Both the position numbers and the translations under genes were made by a program. A stretch of 57,950 bases of DNA, from positions 1 to 57,950 of IMG/VR virus record IMGVR_UViG_3300042879_003295, one strand, 5' to 3'. Of this stretch, positions 26,532 through 35,884 are shown piece after piece. Numbering within the stretch: the first letter of the stretch is position 1; each line of letters begins with the position of its first letter. Under the pieces are notes generated by a model. It had not been told where the DNA came from, ran no database searches, and worked only from the letters and a program-made list of their open reading frames with translations. The stretch is from a virus. Taxonomy: Duplodnaviria > Caudoviricetes.

Positions 26532-28000
26532 CCACCCAACATATTAGAAAACTGCTCAAGAAACTTAGAATGATGAATTAAAGTTTTTCTTTTTTCTGCT
26601 TCATTTTTATTAAAATCAATAAGCATTTGTTCAGATTGTTCGTCACCAAGTCCATCATTCTTTCTACAAATCTCAAATCCTAATTGACACAACCAGGTTG
26701 ACCAATTTTCTCCCGAAAAGATTTTACCTTGTCCTTGAGTTGGTAAAGTATATGGATTAGTTTTTAAATGATCAACATAAGATTCCAATCTTTCAGTTGT
26801 CTTATAAGTTTCTTTAACCCAATTCCAAAATCTACCAGATCTTTGAGTATTCCAATAATGCATATTAACAAAATCAATACTATCCTCAAAGAATGCTTTC
26901 ATTTGCGAATTAAATATTGAGCAATCAATCTCATTAAAAAATCCTGTTTTTACTGAGTCACCAAGTTTCCAGATACCAGCACAAATCAATGCAACTCCTG
27001 TGCTTTCCAGTGGTTCAATAAACCCTGCAGATAATCCAATTGATGCAACATTACCTTTCCACATATGCTCATGATAATATGGAGTCCAGTCAATCAGTTT
27101 AAGAGATTCTCTTTCTAAACGATTATCCCAATGACTAATAAAATAATCTTTAGCTTCTTCAGGATCTGTAACTGATCTATTAAAAACTAATCCCGATCCA
27201 ATACGATTACGAACAGGTATATTCCAAATCCAACCGTGTTCTACAGCCTCACAAGTCACATATGGTTTTCTTTCATCATCAATATTGTTGTAGGGGATGT
27301 GACCAGCAACTGCAGTGTCACAAAAAAGTCTATCTCTTAAATTATAAGGTTCTGATTTAGGACTAATAATTCTTTTAAACCCTGTGCAATCAATAAAAAG
27401 ACTTGAGGATACTATCGTTCCATCAGCAAGAACAACATTTTTTAATTGATCACCATCAAAATTTACATCAACAACTTCACTTTTTATTAAACTGACTTTA
27501 GATCCAGAAATCAATCTTTCCTGTAAGAATTTAACTAATTTACCACAATCAATATGAAAAGCGTAGACTCCTAAATTATTTGGATCCACTGTATTAGCAA
27601 ATACACCAGGATATAGTGCTGTTACATAATTTTTAAAATCAAGATGCTGATGCTTTGTCCACTGATTCATCAACGTTGTCTCAAACATATCGAAGTATGG
27701 AAAGCAAAATGGATGCCAAATATCCTCACCTTCTTTGTGCCAGTTAGTGAATAAGATTCCTGATTTAAAAGTTGCATCAACTACATCAAACCATTCATTA
27801 ATTCCGATCCCACAATCATCCATAAAATTTTTAAAACTAAGAATGGTTGCCTCACCAACTCCAATCGGAGATCCATTTTCTTTATCAATAATAACTATCT
27901 CTGTTCCAGGAGGAGCATTATGATTAAAATATGCTGCGGTTAACCAAGCAGAAGTTCCACCACCAACGATGGTTATCTTGTTAATTTTAGTAATAGTCAT
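26519..28000 (-). CDS. Flavin-dependent halogenase (tryptophan halogenase family)
   Basis: GGGTSAW FAD loop, IGVGEAT, ATFKSGI (catalytic Lys position), FIDCTGF, GWIWNIP, FIEPLESTG. Confidence 0.9.
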   Translation of the reverse strand: MTITKINKITIVGGGTSAWLTAAYFNHNAPPGTEIVIIDKENGSPIGVGEATILSFKNFMDDCGIGINEWFDVVDATFKSGILFTNWHKEGEDIWHPFCFPYFDMFETTLMNQWTKHQHLDFKNYVTALYPGVFANTVDPNNLGVYAFHIDCGKLVKFLQERLISGSKVSLIKSEVVDVNFDGDQLKNVVLADGTIVSSSLFIDCTGFKRIISPKSEPYNLRDRLFCDTAVAGHIPYNNIDDERKPYVTCEAVEHGWIWNIPVRNRIGSGLVFNRSVTDPEEAKDYFISHWDNRLERESLKLIDWTPYYHEHMWKGNVASIGLSAGFIEPLESTGVALICAGIWKLGDSVKTGFFNEIDCSIFNSQMKAFFEDSIDFVNMHYWNTQRSGRFWNWVKETYKTTERLESYVDHLKTNPYTLPTQGQGKIFSGENWSTWLCQLGFEICRKNDGLGDEQSEQMLIDFNKNEAEKRKTLIHHSKFLEQFSNMLGGWGK

Positions 28001-28530
28001 TTACGGAAAATTGGGTAATCTAATTTAATGTTTCCAGCGATTGTAGACCCCTCATTACCGTGAAGAGCCATATGTAAAAGAAAGGAAGGGAATATAATTA
28101 TATCTCCCTTTGTTAAATTGGGTTTATAGTCACAGGGAAATCCTGGTACAGACATTCCCATATGATTTTGTATTTCTTTCATTGCTGGATGAAAAAATAC
28201 AGTTTTTGAGACAGGAACTGTCTCATAAATTATAAAACTCCACTGGCAATGTGGGTGAATGTGGGGTTCTTGATAATCGGTTTTTTTATATACATTCCTC
28301 CAAATATCAAAAACTTTGGCATTAGTATAATTACATTCAATTGTATTAATATTTCTTGTAATAACTTCTATCAAGTGCCCCCAAGTTTCATCAGTTATTT
28401 TATGTTGAGCAGCATATGTTGTTGGAGTTTCGCTATCCCAAGTCAATTGAGTTGGTTCATCACTGATATTAATCTTGGAAAGATCAACTTTATCCTCAAA
28501 TATTGGAATAGCAAATATATCTTTTCTCAT
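27997..28530 (-). CDS. Putative 2OG-Fe(II) oxygenase
   Basis: W.N.Y....YQEPH.H, IIFPSFL.H, IAGN. Confidence 0.75.
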   Translation of the reverse strand: MRKDIFAIPIFEDKVDLSKINISDEPTQLTWDSETPTTYAAQHKITDETWGHLIEVITRNINTIECNYTNAKVFDIWRNVYKKTDYQEPHIHPHCQWSFIIYETVPVSKTVFFHPAMKEIQNHMGMSVPGFPCDYKPNLTKGDIIIFPSFLLHMALHGNEGSTIAGNIKLDYPIFRK

Positions 28531-30320
28531 TCATTAGTAACCTCAACAAGCAACCCATATTCTGGAAGATAAAGATACTCAATTAAACTGTTTGCAAGAG
28601 TACGAAGAGCATCATCTAGTGTCTCAACCAATGGTTCTCCACCAAGATTAAAGGAGGTATTAAAAATAATTGGACAACCAGTTTGTTTATGGAACTCGGA
28701 GATAAGATCATAATAATGTTTATTTTGCTCCTCTGTTACTGTCTGTATTCTACAAGTACCATCAACGTGAATAATTGCTGGAATTTTTTCCTCAATCCCT
28801 TCCTTGCAGTTTACTGCATACATCATAAAAGGAGAATCTTCCATTCCTCTTAGATCAAACCAGTCGTGAACGTGCTCTTGCAAAATAGATCCTGCAAAAG
28901 GTCTAAAGTATTCTCTTCTTTTAATTCTATTCACATGATCCTTACCATCTGGATCTCTAGGATCATAAAGAATAGAACGATTACCAAGAGCACGAGGACC
29001 AGCCTCCGATCTTCCCTGGAACAATGCAACGATATTTTTTTCAGTAATTAATTTAATAACATCACTATGAGTTGCTTCAACTACTTTAGTTGCATTATAT
29101 TTTTTACAAGTTTCTAAAATTTGATCAGTCGTGTACATATATTCAGGTCCAGTATAAAGATTAGTAATTTGAGTTCTTACTTTAGAATCATTCACAACCT
29201 TATGATAATACATTAGTGCTGCGCCAATTGCAGTGCCAGCGTCATTACTTACAGGTTCTACAAACAAATTAATACCTTCATCTTTTAGTTGATCAAGATA
29301 CCAATAATTTGCAACACAATTTAATCCATATCCACCAGATAATACAACATTATTATTTCCACTCATTTTAACTGCTTTACGAATAAGATCCACAACCATT
29401 TGTTGAGATTCTGTTTGAATAGCATATGCCATGTCTCTTCTACTCTGAAGAAGAGTTAAATCCTCAAAAGATTTAGGAGTCTGAAGAAATTCATATCTAC
29501 CTTCATTTACCAAAGCACCGTTTGGATAGGTAGGAATGATTACATTTCTATCACTGGTTTTCCAAATACCACCATTACCATCAGTAAAGATAGGTGGTAT
29601 TTTAGAGTTCTTCTTTCCATATGGGAACAACCCCATAGTTTTACCAGCCTCAATAGAAGGCCAACCACAATACTGCGTTACTGCCTCGTATGCTTTCGTA
29701 ATACCAGCACTGTCATCCAAAACTAATTCATGAGTTCCCTCTTCACCTTCTCTCTCACTATCCATCTCAGGAACCCAAGCTCCTCTCCAGGGACCTCTTC
29801 CACCTTGATGCTTATAAAGAGTTTTAAAATCTGATGGATACTCACAACTGAAAATCGATTCCAACTCCCAAGTCATTTCTTGATTTTGACCTAGTTGCAT
29901 TGGAATAAAACTTCCAGCACCATCAACAACCAAAGAGACTGCACTCTCAAAACCAGAACGATAGAATGCACAAGCAGCGTGTAACTTATGATGTATACTA
30001 CTTAAATCAATAACTTGAGGGTGATCGTAACTTTTAACATTTCTCTCGATCAATCCAAGTTTTCTTGCCAACCCAGTGTACATATCATCACCAGAAAAAT
30101 CAATTTTCCCAGCATCACTTAATGGTTGAGTATGTGCAATAATTAAGTAGTCTAACTTATCAGTATAATCAAGTATTTTAACCATTGATGCCAATGGTCC
30201 ACCATCATATTTTGCTCTGGATAAACGTTCTTCCTCAACAGCAAGAACTATTTCACCATCTTTAAGTAGACAAACACCAGCATTATGCCCTCTTGTAATC
30301 GCAGCTATCCATTGAGTCAT
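28527..30320 (-). CDS. Carbamoyltransferase (NodU/CmcH/TobZ family), full length
   Basis: EEERLSR.K, HH..HA, GK.MGL, plus C-terminal GPRALGNRS, KRREYFRPFA, HVDGTCRIQ, NTSFN. Confidence 0.93.
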   Translation of the reverse strand: MTQWIAAITRGHNAGVCLLKDGEIVLAVEEERLSRAKYDGGPLASMVKILDYTDKLDYLIIAHTQPLSDAGKIDFSGDDMYTGLARKLGLIERNVKSYDHPQVIDLSSIHHKLHAACAFYRSGFESAVSLVVDGAGSFIPMQLGQNQEMTWELESIFSCEYPSDFKTLYKHQGGRGPWRGAWVPEMDSEREGEEGTHELVLDDSAGITKAYEAVTQYCGWPSIEAGKTMGLFPYGKKNSKIPPIFTDGNGGIWKTSDRNVIIPTYPNGALVNEGRYEFLQTPKSFEDLTLLQSRRDMAYAIQTESQQMVVDLIRKAVKMSGNNNVVLSGGYGLNCVANYWYLDQLKDEGINLFVEPVSNDAGTAIGAALMYYHKVVNDSKVRTQITNLYTGPEYMYTTDQILETCKKYNATKVVEATHSDVIKLITEKNIVALFQGRSEAGPRALGNRSILYDPRDPDGKDHVNRIKRREYFRPFAGSILQEHVHDWFDLRGMEDSPFMMYAVNCKEGIEEKIPAIIHVDGTCRIQTVTEEQNKHYYDLISEFHKQTGCPIIFNTSFNLGGEPLVETLDDALRTLANSLIEYLYLPEYGLLVEVTNE

Positions 30321-30325
30321 AATTA

Positions 30326-31489
30326 TTACTTAGTTTTTTCTAAAAGATTTTTAATTTCTTGATCCAAATTTAAACCAGATCCAAATCCTTTACTGTTACT
30401 TGATTTTTTAGTCGATGTTGCACTCTTTGGCAACATAATTGGAGATGTGGTTTGTTCACTTTGCTTTAATACTGATTGATTACTTGATGTTCCACAAGGA
30501 GCACAATTTGATTTCTGTTCTTGTGGTACAAAATTTCCAGTATAGGCAACAGATTTGCCCATTCTCTTACGGACGGAAGAAATTACTTGAGCGATTTGTT
30601 CTTTATTCATCTCCATTGCTTCATCATTATATCTGTCGATTTCATCATCTATTGAGATGCGAATAGGACTGTATCTCCTCTTATCTTTAGCTACATCAAT
30701 AATATCAAAGTCTTTACATTCAGGATATGAAATATTTTCTGGATATGTAGAGCCCAAAACAACTGTTGCAGTCTTATCAAATGCACGAGCAATATGCTGC
30801 CCCATACTATCACATCCTAAGAAATGATCTGAAGCGTTGATGATAGAAGTCCAAAGACGCATATCAGCAATCTGAGGACGGGCAACTTTATATTTTCCTT
30901 TATCTTCATCCTTTTCCAAAGGAAAATGGATTTCACTCATAATAATAACACCATAGTCACGCTTTAATTCATTAATAATATCAACAATACTTGATAATGA
31001 AAAACTACGAGAAGATGGATCTGCAATAAAATCATTTCCAATTTGCTCAACACTTCTTCCAAAAGGTTGAACAACTAAGATTTTATCCTTTCCAGTTACT
31101 GCTTTTACCTCTTCTACAGCATTAAAACCAGAAAGAAGTTCAGTTTTATTCAGAACAATAGTTGGTTTAGGAAGGTTTCTTGGATTTTCTACACCATTAA
31201 TCAGAATATCAAATGCTTGAGAAAGACTACATTTTTGATTGTAATATTCCCACAAACGATATGGTTCTAGCGAAACACAATCTCTGTGCTTAATTTCTGT
31301 TTCAAATAATCCTTTATGCCAAGTATCAAAAACTTTATTGTGAAGAACAGGATGTCCCTTGTAAAAATCTGTTCCTCCTTCACAAACAATAATAAAGTCG
31401 TCGTGTGTTTCTGCGTATTTTTCGAATGCTGGAATGGAACAAATAACACGCCCAGCTCCACCATTCATAAAGAATGCTTTTGATCTCAT
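30326..31489 (-). CDS. GT-B glycosyltransferase, GT9 (heptosyltransferase)-like
   Basis: N-terminal GG.G.V....PA and C-terminal FLGCDS..QHIARAF.K...VV.GST pattern. Confidence 0.6.
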   Translation of the reverse strand: MRSKAFFMNGGAGRVICSIPAFEKYAETHDDFIIVCEGGTDFYKGHPVLHNKVFDTWHKGLFETEIKHRDCVSLEPYRLWEYYNQKCSLSQAFDILINGVENPRNLPKPTIVLNKTELLSGFNAVEEVKAVTGKDKILVVQPFGRSVEQIGNDFIADPSSRSFSLSSIVDIINELKRDYGVIIMSEIHFPLEKDEDKGKYKVARPQIADMRLWTSIINASDHFLGCDSMGQHIARAFDKTATVVLGSTYPENISYPECKDFDIIDVAKDKRRYSPIRISIDDEIDRYNDEAMEMNKEQIAQVISSVRKRMGKSVAYTGNFVPQEQKSNCAPCGTSSNQSVLKQSEQTTSPIMLPKSATSTKKSSNSKGFGSGLNLDQEIKNLLEKTK

Positions 31490-31543
31490 TGAATCAACCT
31501 CAGATATTTAAATTATAGCATAATCTATCAATATTTAGACCTA

Positions 31544-32194
31544 TTACATAAACATAACCTGGACTAGTCTATCGCAATTTTGAAACATTCCTGGTTCTAA
31601 AACTGCCCCGTGAACTTGATTTGCATCATATAATAAACAACGATTATAAACCATTTCACAACGATGTTCTTTTTTAGGTCTATTCTCTGTGCCATCATCG
31701 TTTGGTGAAACAACAGAATAAAAATCTGTTCCACCCTCACATTCTTCAGGAGTATTCAGATACACAAGAGCGCCCCATTTGTTATAAGGACCGTCCACGT
31801 GACAAGCAGTGTCTGTAGTTCTTCCCGATTTAATAATCTCATCATTGTTAGTTACATTAACAACGAATCTCATGTAACTCCATTTATTATAATGATGTTG
31901 CTTATCAAACTTAATATGCCAATCGGGATGAGTGCATAATTGCTCAAACACATATGCCATTTTATTTCCCATTTCTTCGATTATTTCTTGCTCTTCTTCC
32001 CAAACTCTTCTACCAATTGCTCCAGCGAGTCTCTCTTTATCTGTATATAATTGAGATTTTTTAGCAAATTCTCTTACTTCATCTGGATTTTGATAAAAAT
32101 TATCAATTACAAAAACCATTTTATCAATTCCAGACCAGGCACGATCGGGAACTTTTTCTATTTTAACTTTTAGATCAGGATTAATTTCAAACAT
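31544..32194 (-). CDS. 2OG-Fe(II) oxygenase-like protein (DUF6445-like)
   Basis: VIDNFY.NPDEVR, HVD, VYLN, GGT.FY, YNR...Y.....H, RL.Q. Confidence 0.75.
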   Translation of the reverse strand: MFEINPDLKVKIEKVPDRAWSGIDKMVFVIDNFYQNPDEVREFAKKSQLYTDKERLAGAIGRRVWEEEQEIIEEMGNKMAYVFEQLCTHPDWHIKFDKQHHYNKWSYMRFVVNVTNNDEIIKSGRTTDTACHVDGPYNKWGALVYLNTPEECEGGTDFYSVVSPNDDGTENRPKKEHRCEMVYNRCLLYDANQVHGAVLEPGMFQNCDRLVQVMFM

Positions 32195-32727
32195 TACAAT
32201 AAAGGAATTGCACCAAAATTTTCAGTAGGTAAGACCATACCAGTATAATCACTATCCAAAATTATATCATATCCTATGGTAATTCGTTTACCAGTATAAT
32301 TGGATTTATTAACTACCCTATGTAAATGTTTTCCTGGACCAAAATAGATATTGCCACATTCATTCTCAATTTCCCAATCCTCAAATTCAGTTACAGTATC
32401 TTGTGGTTCGATACAAATATAACCGTGCCAACTAGAACTATGATTATGCCAATCTAAAACCTCATCATAGTCTTGATAATTTAACCAAGACTGAATCCAA
32501 ATCATTTCATTTGGAATTTTTTCTCTAACAATATCTCTGATTTTTTTAAAGATCACATACATATGCTTCGAAGGAGAAGATACTCCAAAAATATTATAAT
32601 AAATGTATGCTTTTGTTGGATCAAAAACTCCAAATGATTTTAAATTATTTTGAGATATTTTTAACTCTTGTATAATCTCTTTTTGATTTTCTTTTATATA
32701 ATCAAAATTTAATAATGTATAATTCAT
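32194..32727 (-). CDS. Putative 2OG-Fe(II) oxygenase
   Basis: SWLN, WH.H, HRV, RITIGYD. Confidence 0.7.
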   Translation of the reverse strand: MNYTLLNFDYIKENQKEIIQELKISQNNLKSFGVFDPTKAYIYYNIFGVSSPSKHMYVIFKKIRDIVREKIPNEMIWIQSWLNYQDYDEVLDWHNHSSSWHGYICIEPQDTVTEFEDWEIENECGNIYFGPGKHLHRVVNKSNYTGKRITIGYDIILDSDYTGMVLPTENFGAIPLL

Positions 32728-32737
32728 TTACTAAAGT

Positions 32738-33433
32738 TTAGTCAGGATCTTTGTAATCGGGAACGTTAGGAAACATAAAATAAGCAATAGTAGGTGGAAC
32801 TCCAGCAGCTTCCAAAGTACTTGGGAGATCTCTTAAGATTTGTCTATATGCCATCCACTTTTGTTTTAGTTCTTCTGGCATATCTTCAGCAATTTCAGTA
32901 TCACTTGTTTTTAGAATTCTATCTCTATGCTTTCTAACATCATTCCAAGTAAGTGGTTCTTCCCTATCAAGAAGTTTTTTATATACACTGTATGCTGGAA
33001 CAGTAGGAACACCATCAACTACTGTTAGATCCCACTTATCAAAAACGTCCGCTGGCATCAAAGGAGTTGAATAACTATATCTATCATATCCCTCTATTTC
33101 TGGTGAATCTGGATGATACTGAGATCCAGTAGGATCTTCCTGTAACTCGTTGATTATACCAGCTCTTAACTGACAAATTAATGGATATTCATTACAATCA
33201 ACCTCAAACCATTCTACCACATCAGCAGGCATTGGTCTACCATCAGCAATATCAGATGCCTCTAATGGACCATATTTTTCTCTACCATTCTCATCAATTT
33301 GGAGCCAAATTTTATCTGGTCCGTGATATGTGTACTTTCTACTTTTTCCTTCAGAAAAAGAATGATCCACCAAAAATTCATTTGGTAATGGCAGATCAAA
33401 TTCTACAGAGATAATATTTCTATCGATAGTCAT
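32738..33433 (-). CDS. Tail fibre assembly chaperone-like protein
   Basis: C-terminal W.DVR..RD..L..SD......D.P......W..YRQ.LRDLP. Confidence 0.75.
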   Translation of the reverse strand: MTIDRNIISVEFDLPLPNEFLVDHSFSEGKSRKYTYHGPDKIWLQIDENGREKYGPLEASDIADGRPMPADVVEWFEVDCNEYPLICQLRAGIINELQEDPTGSQYHPDSPEIEGYDRYSYSTPLMPADVFDKWDLTVVDGVPTVPAYSVYKKLLDREEPLTWNDVRKHRDRILKTSDTEIAEDMPEELKQKWMAYRQILRDLPSTLEAAGVPPTIAYFMFPNVPDYKDPD

Positions 33434-33473
33434 AATTCTCAGAAATAACTGAACTTAATGTTTCTATGTATAT

Positions 33474-34259
33474 TTATAGGAAACTAATCTTAACTAAACC
33501 AGGTCCACCCATACCACCTTGTCCACAACAACCACCACCACCACAGTAAGTAGTCATTGCGTTTTGTCCACCATGTCCATATGGAACTGTCCAGCAACCA
33601 CAGCGCATCCAACATTCATGAATATTTTGATCTACTTGACTTCCTATAAATGGAGCAGGAGTTGGAGATGCGCCAAAACAATGACAATGACATTGAGATC
33701 TATGAATAAAGAATGTTCCTCTATGATTACCCATACCAAAATCACCACCATTAGAATTAGGACCTAAGCAACAAGAAAAGAATGAAGCGCAAGCTTCGTT
33801 CCAGTTAAGATTCGCACAACCACCTTCACCACCAATAGCACAAAAATTACTTAATCCACATCCAGTTACATAAGATGAACATCCATAACAACCCAAACAC
33901 TCGATTCTACAGCAATTACTATTTCCAGCAGCACAAACTGTATAAGTCCAACCAGGACACACTGTTAACATTTTAGAATTATAATATCCACCACCTGCAC
34001 CAGAGTAATGTTGACATCTTCCAACACTGCAAGCTCCAGCACCAGACCCACCTGAACCCCACATCTCAATGAATGCTTTTCTTACTCCAGTTGGAACTGT
34101 CCAAAGGCAGCAACATCCCTGAGAACATGCATTTTGAGATCCATAAAACCATTTAACACACCAAGTAGCAAGAGAATTTTGAGAAACTGAAACCTCAGGA
34201 ATAGTTCCATCTAAAATGGATGCTCCATTTATTTTTTTATAACTTGTATATGATGCCAT
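33474..34259 (-). CDS. Cys/Gly-rich protein, paralogue 3
   Basis: 29 Cys in 261 aa; GCCCLWTVP.GV, E.WG.GG.G, CCGQGG.GGPG.V.I. Confidence 0.85.
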   Translation of the reverse strand: MASYTSYKKINGASILDGTIPEVSVSQNSLATWCVKWFYGSQNACSQGCCCLWTVPTGVRKAFIEMWGSGGSGAGACSVGRCQHYSGAGGGYYNSKMLTVCPGWTYTVCAAGNSNCCRIECLGCYGCSSYVTGCGLSNFCAIGGEGGCANLNWNEACASFFSCCLGPNSNGGDFGMGNHRGTFFIHRSQCHCHCFGASPTPAPFIGSQVDQNIHECWMRCGCWTVPYGHGGQNAMTTYCGGGGCCGQGGMGGPGLVKISFL

Positions 34260-34271
34260 ATGAGTTTCTCC

Positions 34272-35069
34272 TTAGAAAAAAGTAATTCGAACTAAACCAG
34301 GTCCACCCATACCACCTTGTCCACAACAACCAGTCCCACAATAAGATGACATAGCACCCATACCACCGTGTCCATATGGAACTGTCCAGCAACCACAACG
34401 CATCCAACAGAAGTTAATAGATTGTTGAACTGTTGTTCCGATACGAGGTGCTGAAGTTGGTTGAGTCATTTGGTGATGGCAATGACAGAATCCAACCGCG
34501 AACCACCACTCTACAGCACCAAAGGTTCCAGGATGGTTTTGATATCCAAGATCCCCACCATTGTTTGCGCCTTGTAAGCAGCATTCCCAAGCAGAGTTAC
34601 AAGCAGTTGTCCAGTCTGCGTTTGCACATCCAGCGGCACCGCCAGTAGCGCAAAAATTACTTAAATTAAATCCTGTTACATAAGAAGTACATCCCAAGCA
34701 TCCAGTACATTCAAACCTACAACAATTACCATTGCCTGCAGCACAAACTGTATATTGACAACCAGGAGCAGTGGTTATCATTTTAGAGTTATATGATCCC
34801 CCACCAGCACCTCTATAATGTTGACATCTGCCACAAGAACAAGCACCGTGTCCAGATCCACCAGCACCCCACAACTCAAGAAAAAGTTTTGTTACTCCAG
34901 TTGGAACTGTCCAAAGGCAGCAGCATCCCTGAGAACATTGTTCTGGTGGACCATAAAACCATCTGACGCCGAAATTCTTACGAGCATCTATTTCTAACTG
35001 AGTATCAGTTAAAGTTCTATTGATAAATGAAGTTCCATCAACTTTTTTGTAACTTGAGTATGATGCCAT
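34272..35069 (-). CDS. Cys/Gly-rich protein, paralogue 2
   Basis: Same motif order as paralogues 1 and 3; GGA RBS. Confidence 0.85.
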   Translation of the reverse strand: MASYSSYKKVDGTSFINRTLTDTQLEIDARKNFGVRWFYGPPEQCSQGCCCLWTVPTGVTKLFLELWGAGGSGHGACSCGRCQHYRGAGGGSYNSKMITTAPGCQYTVCAAGNGNCCRFECTGCLGCTSYVTGFNLSNFCATGGAAGCANADWTTACNSAWECCLQGANNGGDLGYQNHPGTFGAVEWWFAVGFCHCHHQMTQPTSAPRIGTTVQQSINFCWMRCGCWTVPYGHGGMGAMSSYCGTGCCGQGGMGGPGLVRITFF

Positions 35070-35079
35070 TTATTTTTCC

Positions 35080-35868
35080 TCAGAAATACGTGACTCTAAC
35101 GATACCAGGTCCACCTGTTCCACCTTGTCCACAACAACCAGTCCCACAATATGTAGTCATAGCATTTTGTCCCCCTGAAGCATAAGGTACTGTCCAACAA
35201 CCACATCTCATCCAACATTCGGTTAGTTCTTGTACTACACCACCACTACCTAAGAAAGGAGCTCCTGTACTGCAAGAAACGTATCTATAGCAGTGACAAG
35301 CAAAGGAACCAGCATATGCTCCCCTATGGTTGCCCATACCAAAATCACCATCAGCTCCTCCTGGAGAGAAGCAACATTTTCCCCAATCGGAGAAACACAT
35401 TGTATTCCAGGCACCATCAGCACATCCACAAGATCCACCTAAGGCGCAGAATCCACTCAGGTTGCATCCAGTGACGTAAGATGCACATCCATCACAAGCA
35501 TTACATTCAATACTATTGCAAGGATAAACTCCACCAGCACAAATCGTATATTGCCAAGTAGGACAAACACTAATTGTTTTGCTATTATAATATCCACCTT
35601 GAGCCCCCGCATAGTGCTGACACCTGCCACAAGAGCAAGCTCCAGAACCATTACCACCAGCACCCCAGAGCTCAAAGGTTACTCTTCTCACTCCAGTTGG
35701 AACTGTCCAAAGGCAGCAACAACCAGTACTACAATTTGTAATACTACCATACACCCACAAAACACAATAATTTCTTAAAGCACCAGAGTTAAATTTTGCA
35801 TCTGTAACTGTCCCAGATAAAATCTGGGATCCAGCATCAACTTTTTTGTAACTTGTGTAACTTGCCAT
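35080..35868 (-). CDS. Cys/Gly-rich protein, paralogue 1
   Basis: MASY.SYKK start and Cys spacing shared with the other two. Confidence 0.85.
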   Translation of the reverse strand: MASYTSYKKVDAGSQILSGTVTDAKFNSGALRNYCVLWVYGSITNCSTGCCCLWTVPTGVRRVTFELWGAGGNGSGACSCGRCQHYAGAQGGYYNSKTISVCPTWQYTICAGGVYPCNSIECNACDGCASYVTGCNLSGFCALGGSCGCADGAWNTMCFSDWGKCCFSPGGADGDFGMGNHRGAYAGSFACHCYRYVSCSTGAPFLGSGGVVQELTECWMRCGCWTVPYASGGQNAMTTYCGTGCCGQGGTGGPGIVRVTYF

Positions 35869-35884
35869 AGTGGTATATTACCTA

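Noticed and set aside
33474-35868. Diversity-generating retroelement explanation for the repeats
   Set aside because: No reverse transcriptase in the window, all copies are coding, and the differences are not adenine-specific
33474-35868. Classical RiPP precursors
   Set aside because: At ~262 aa with an apparent folded Gly-rich domain and no leader, protease, YcaO, LanM or radical SAM gene nearby, a structural role fits better
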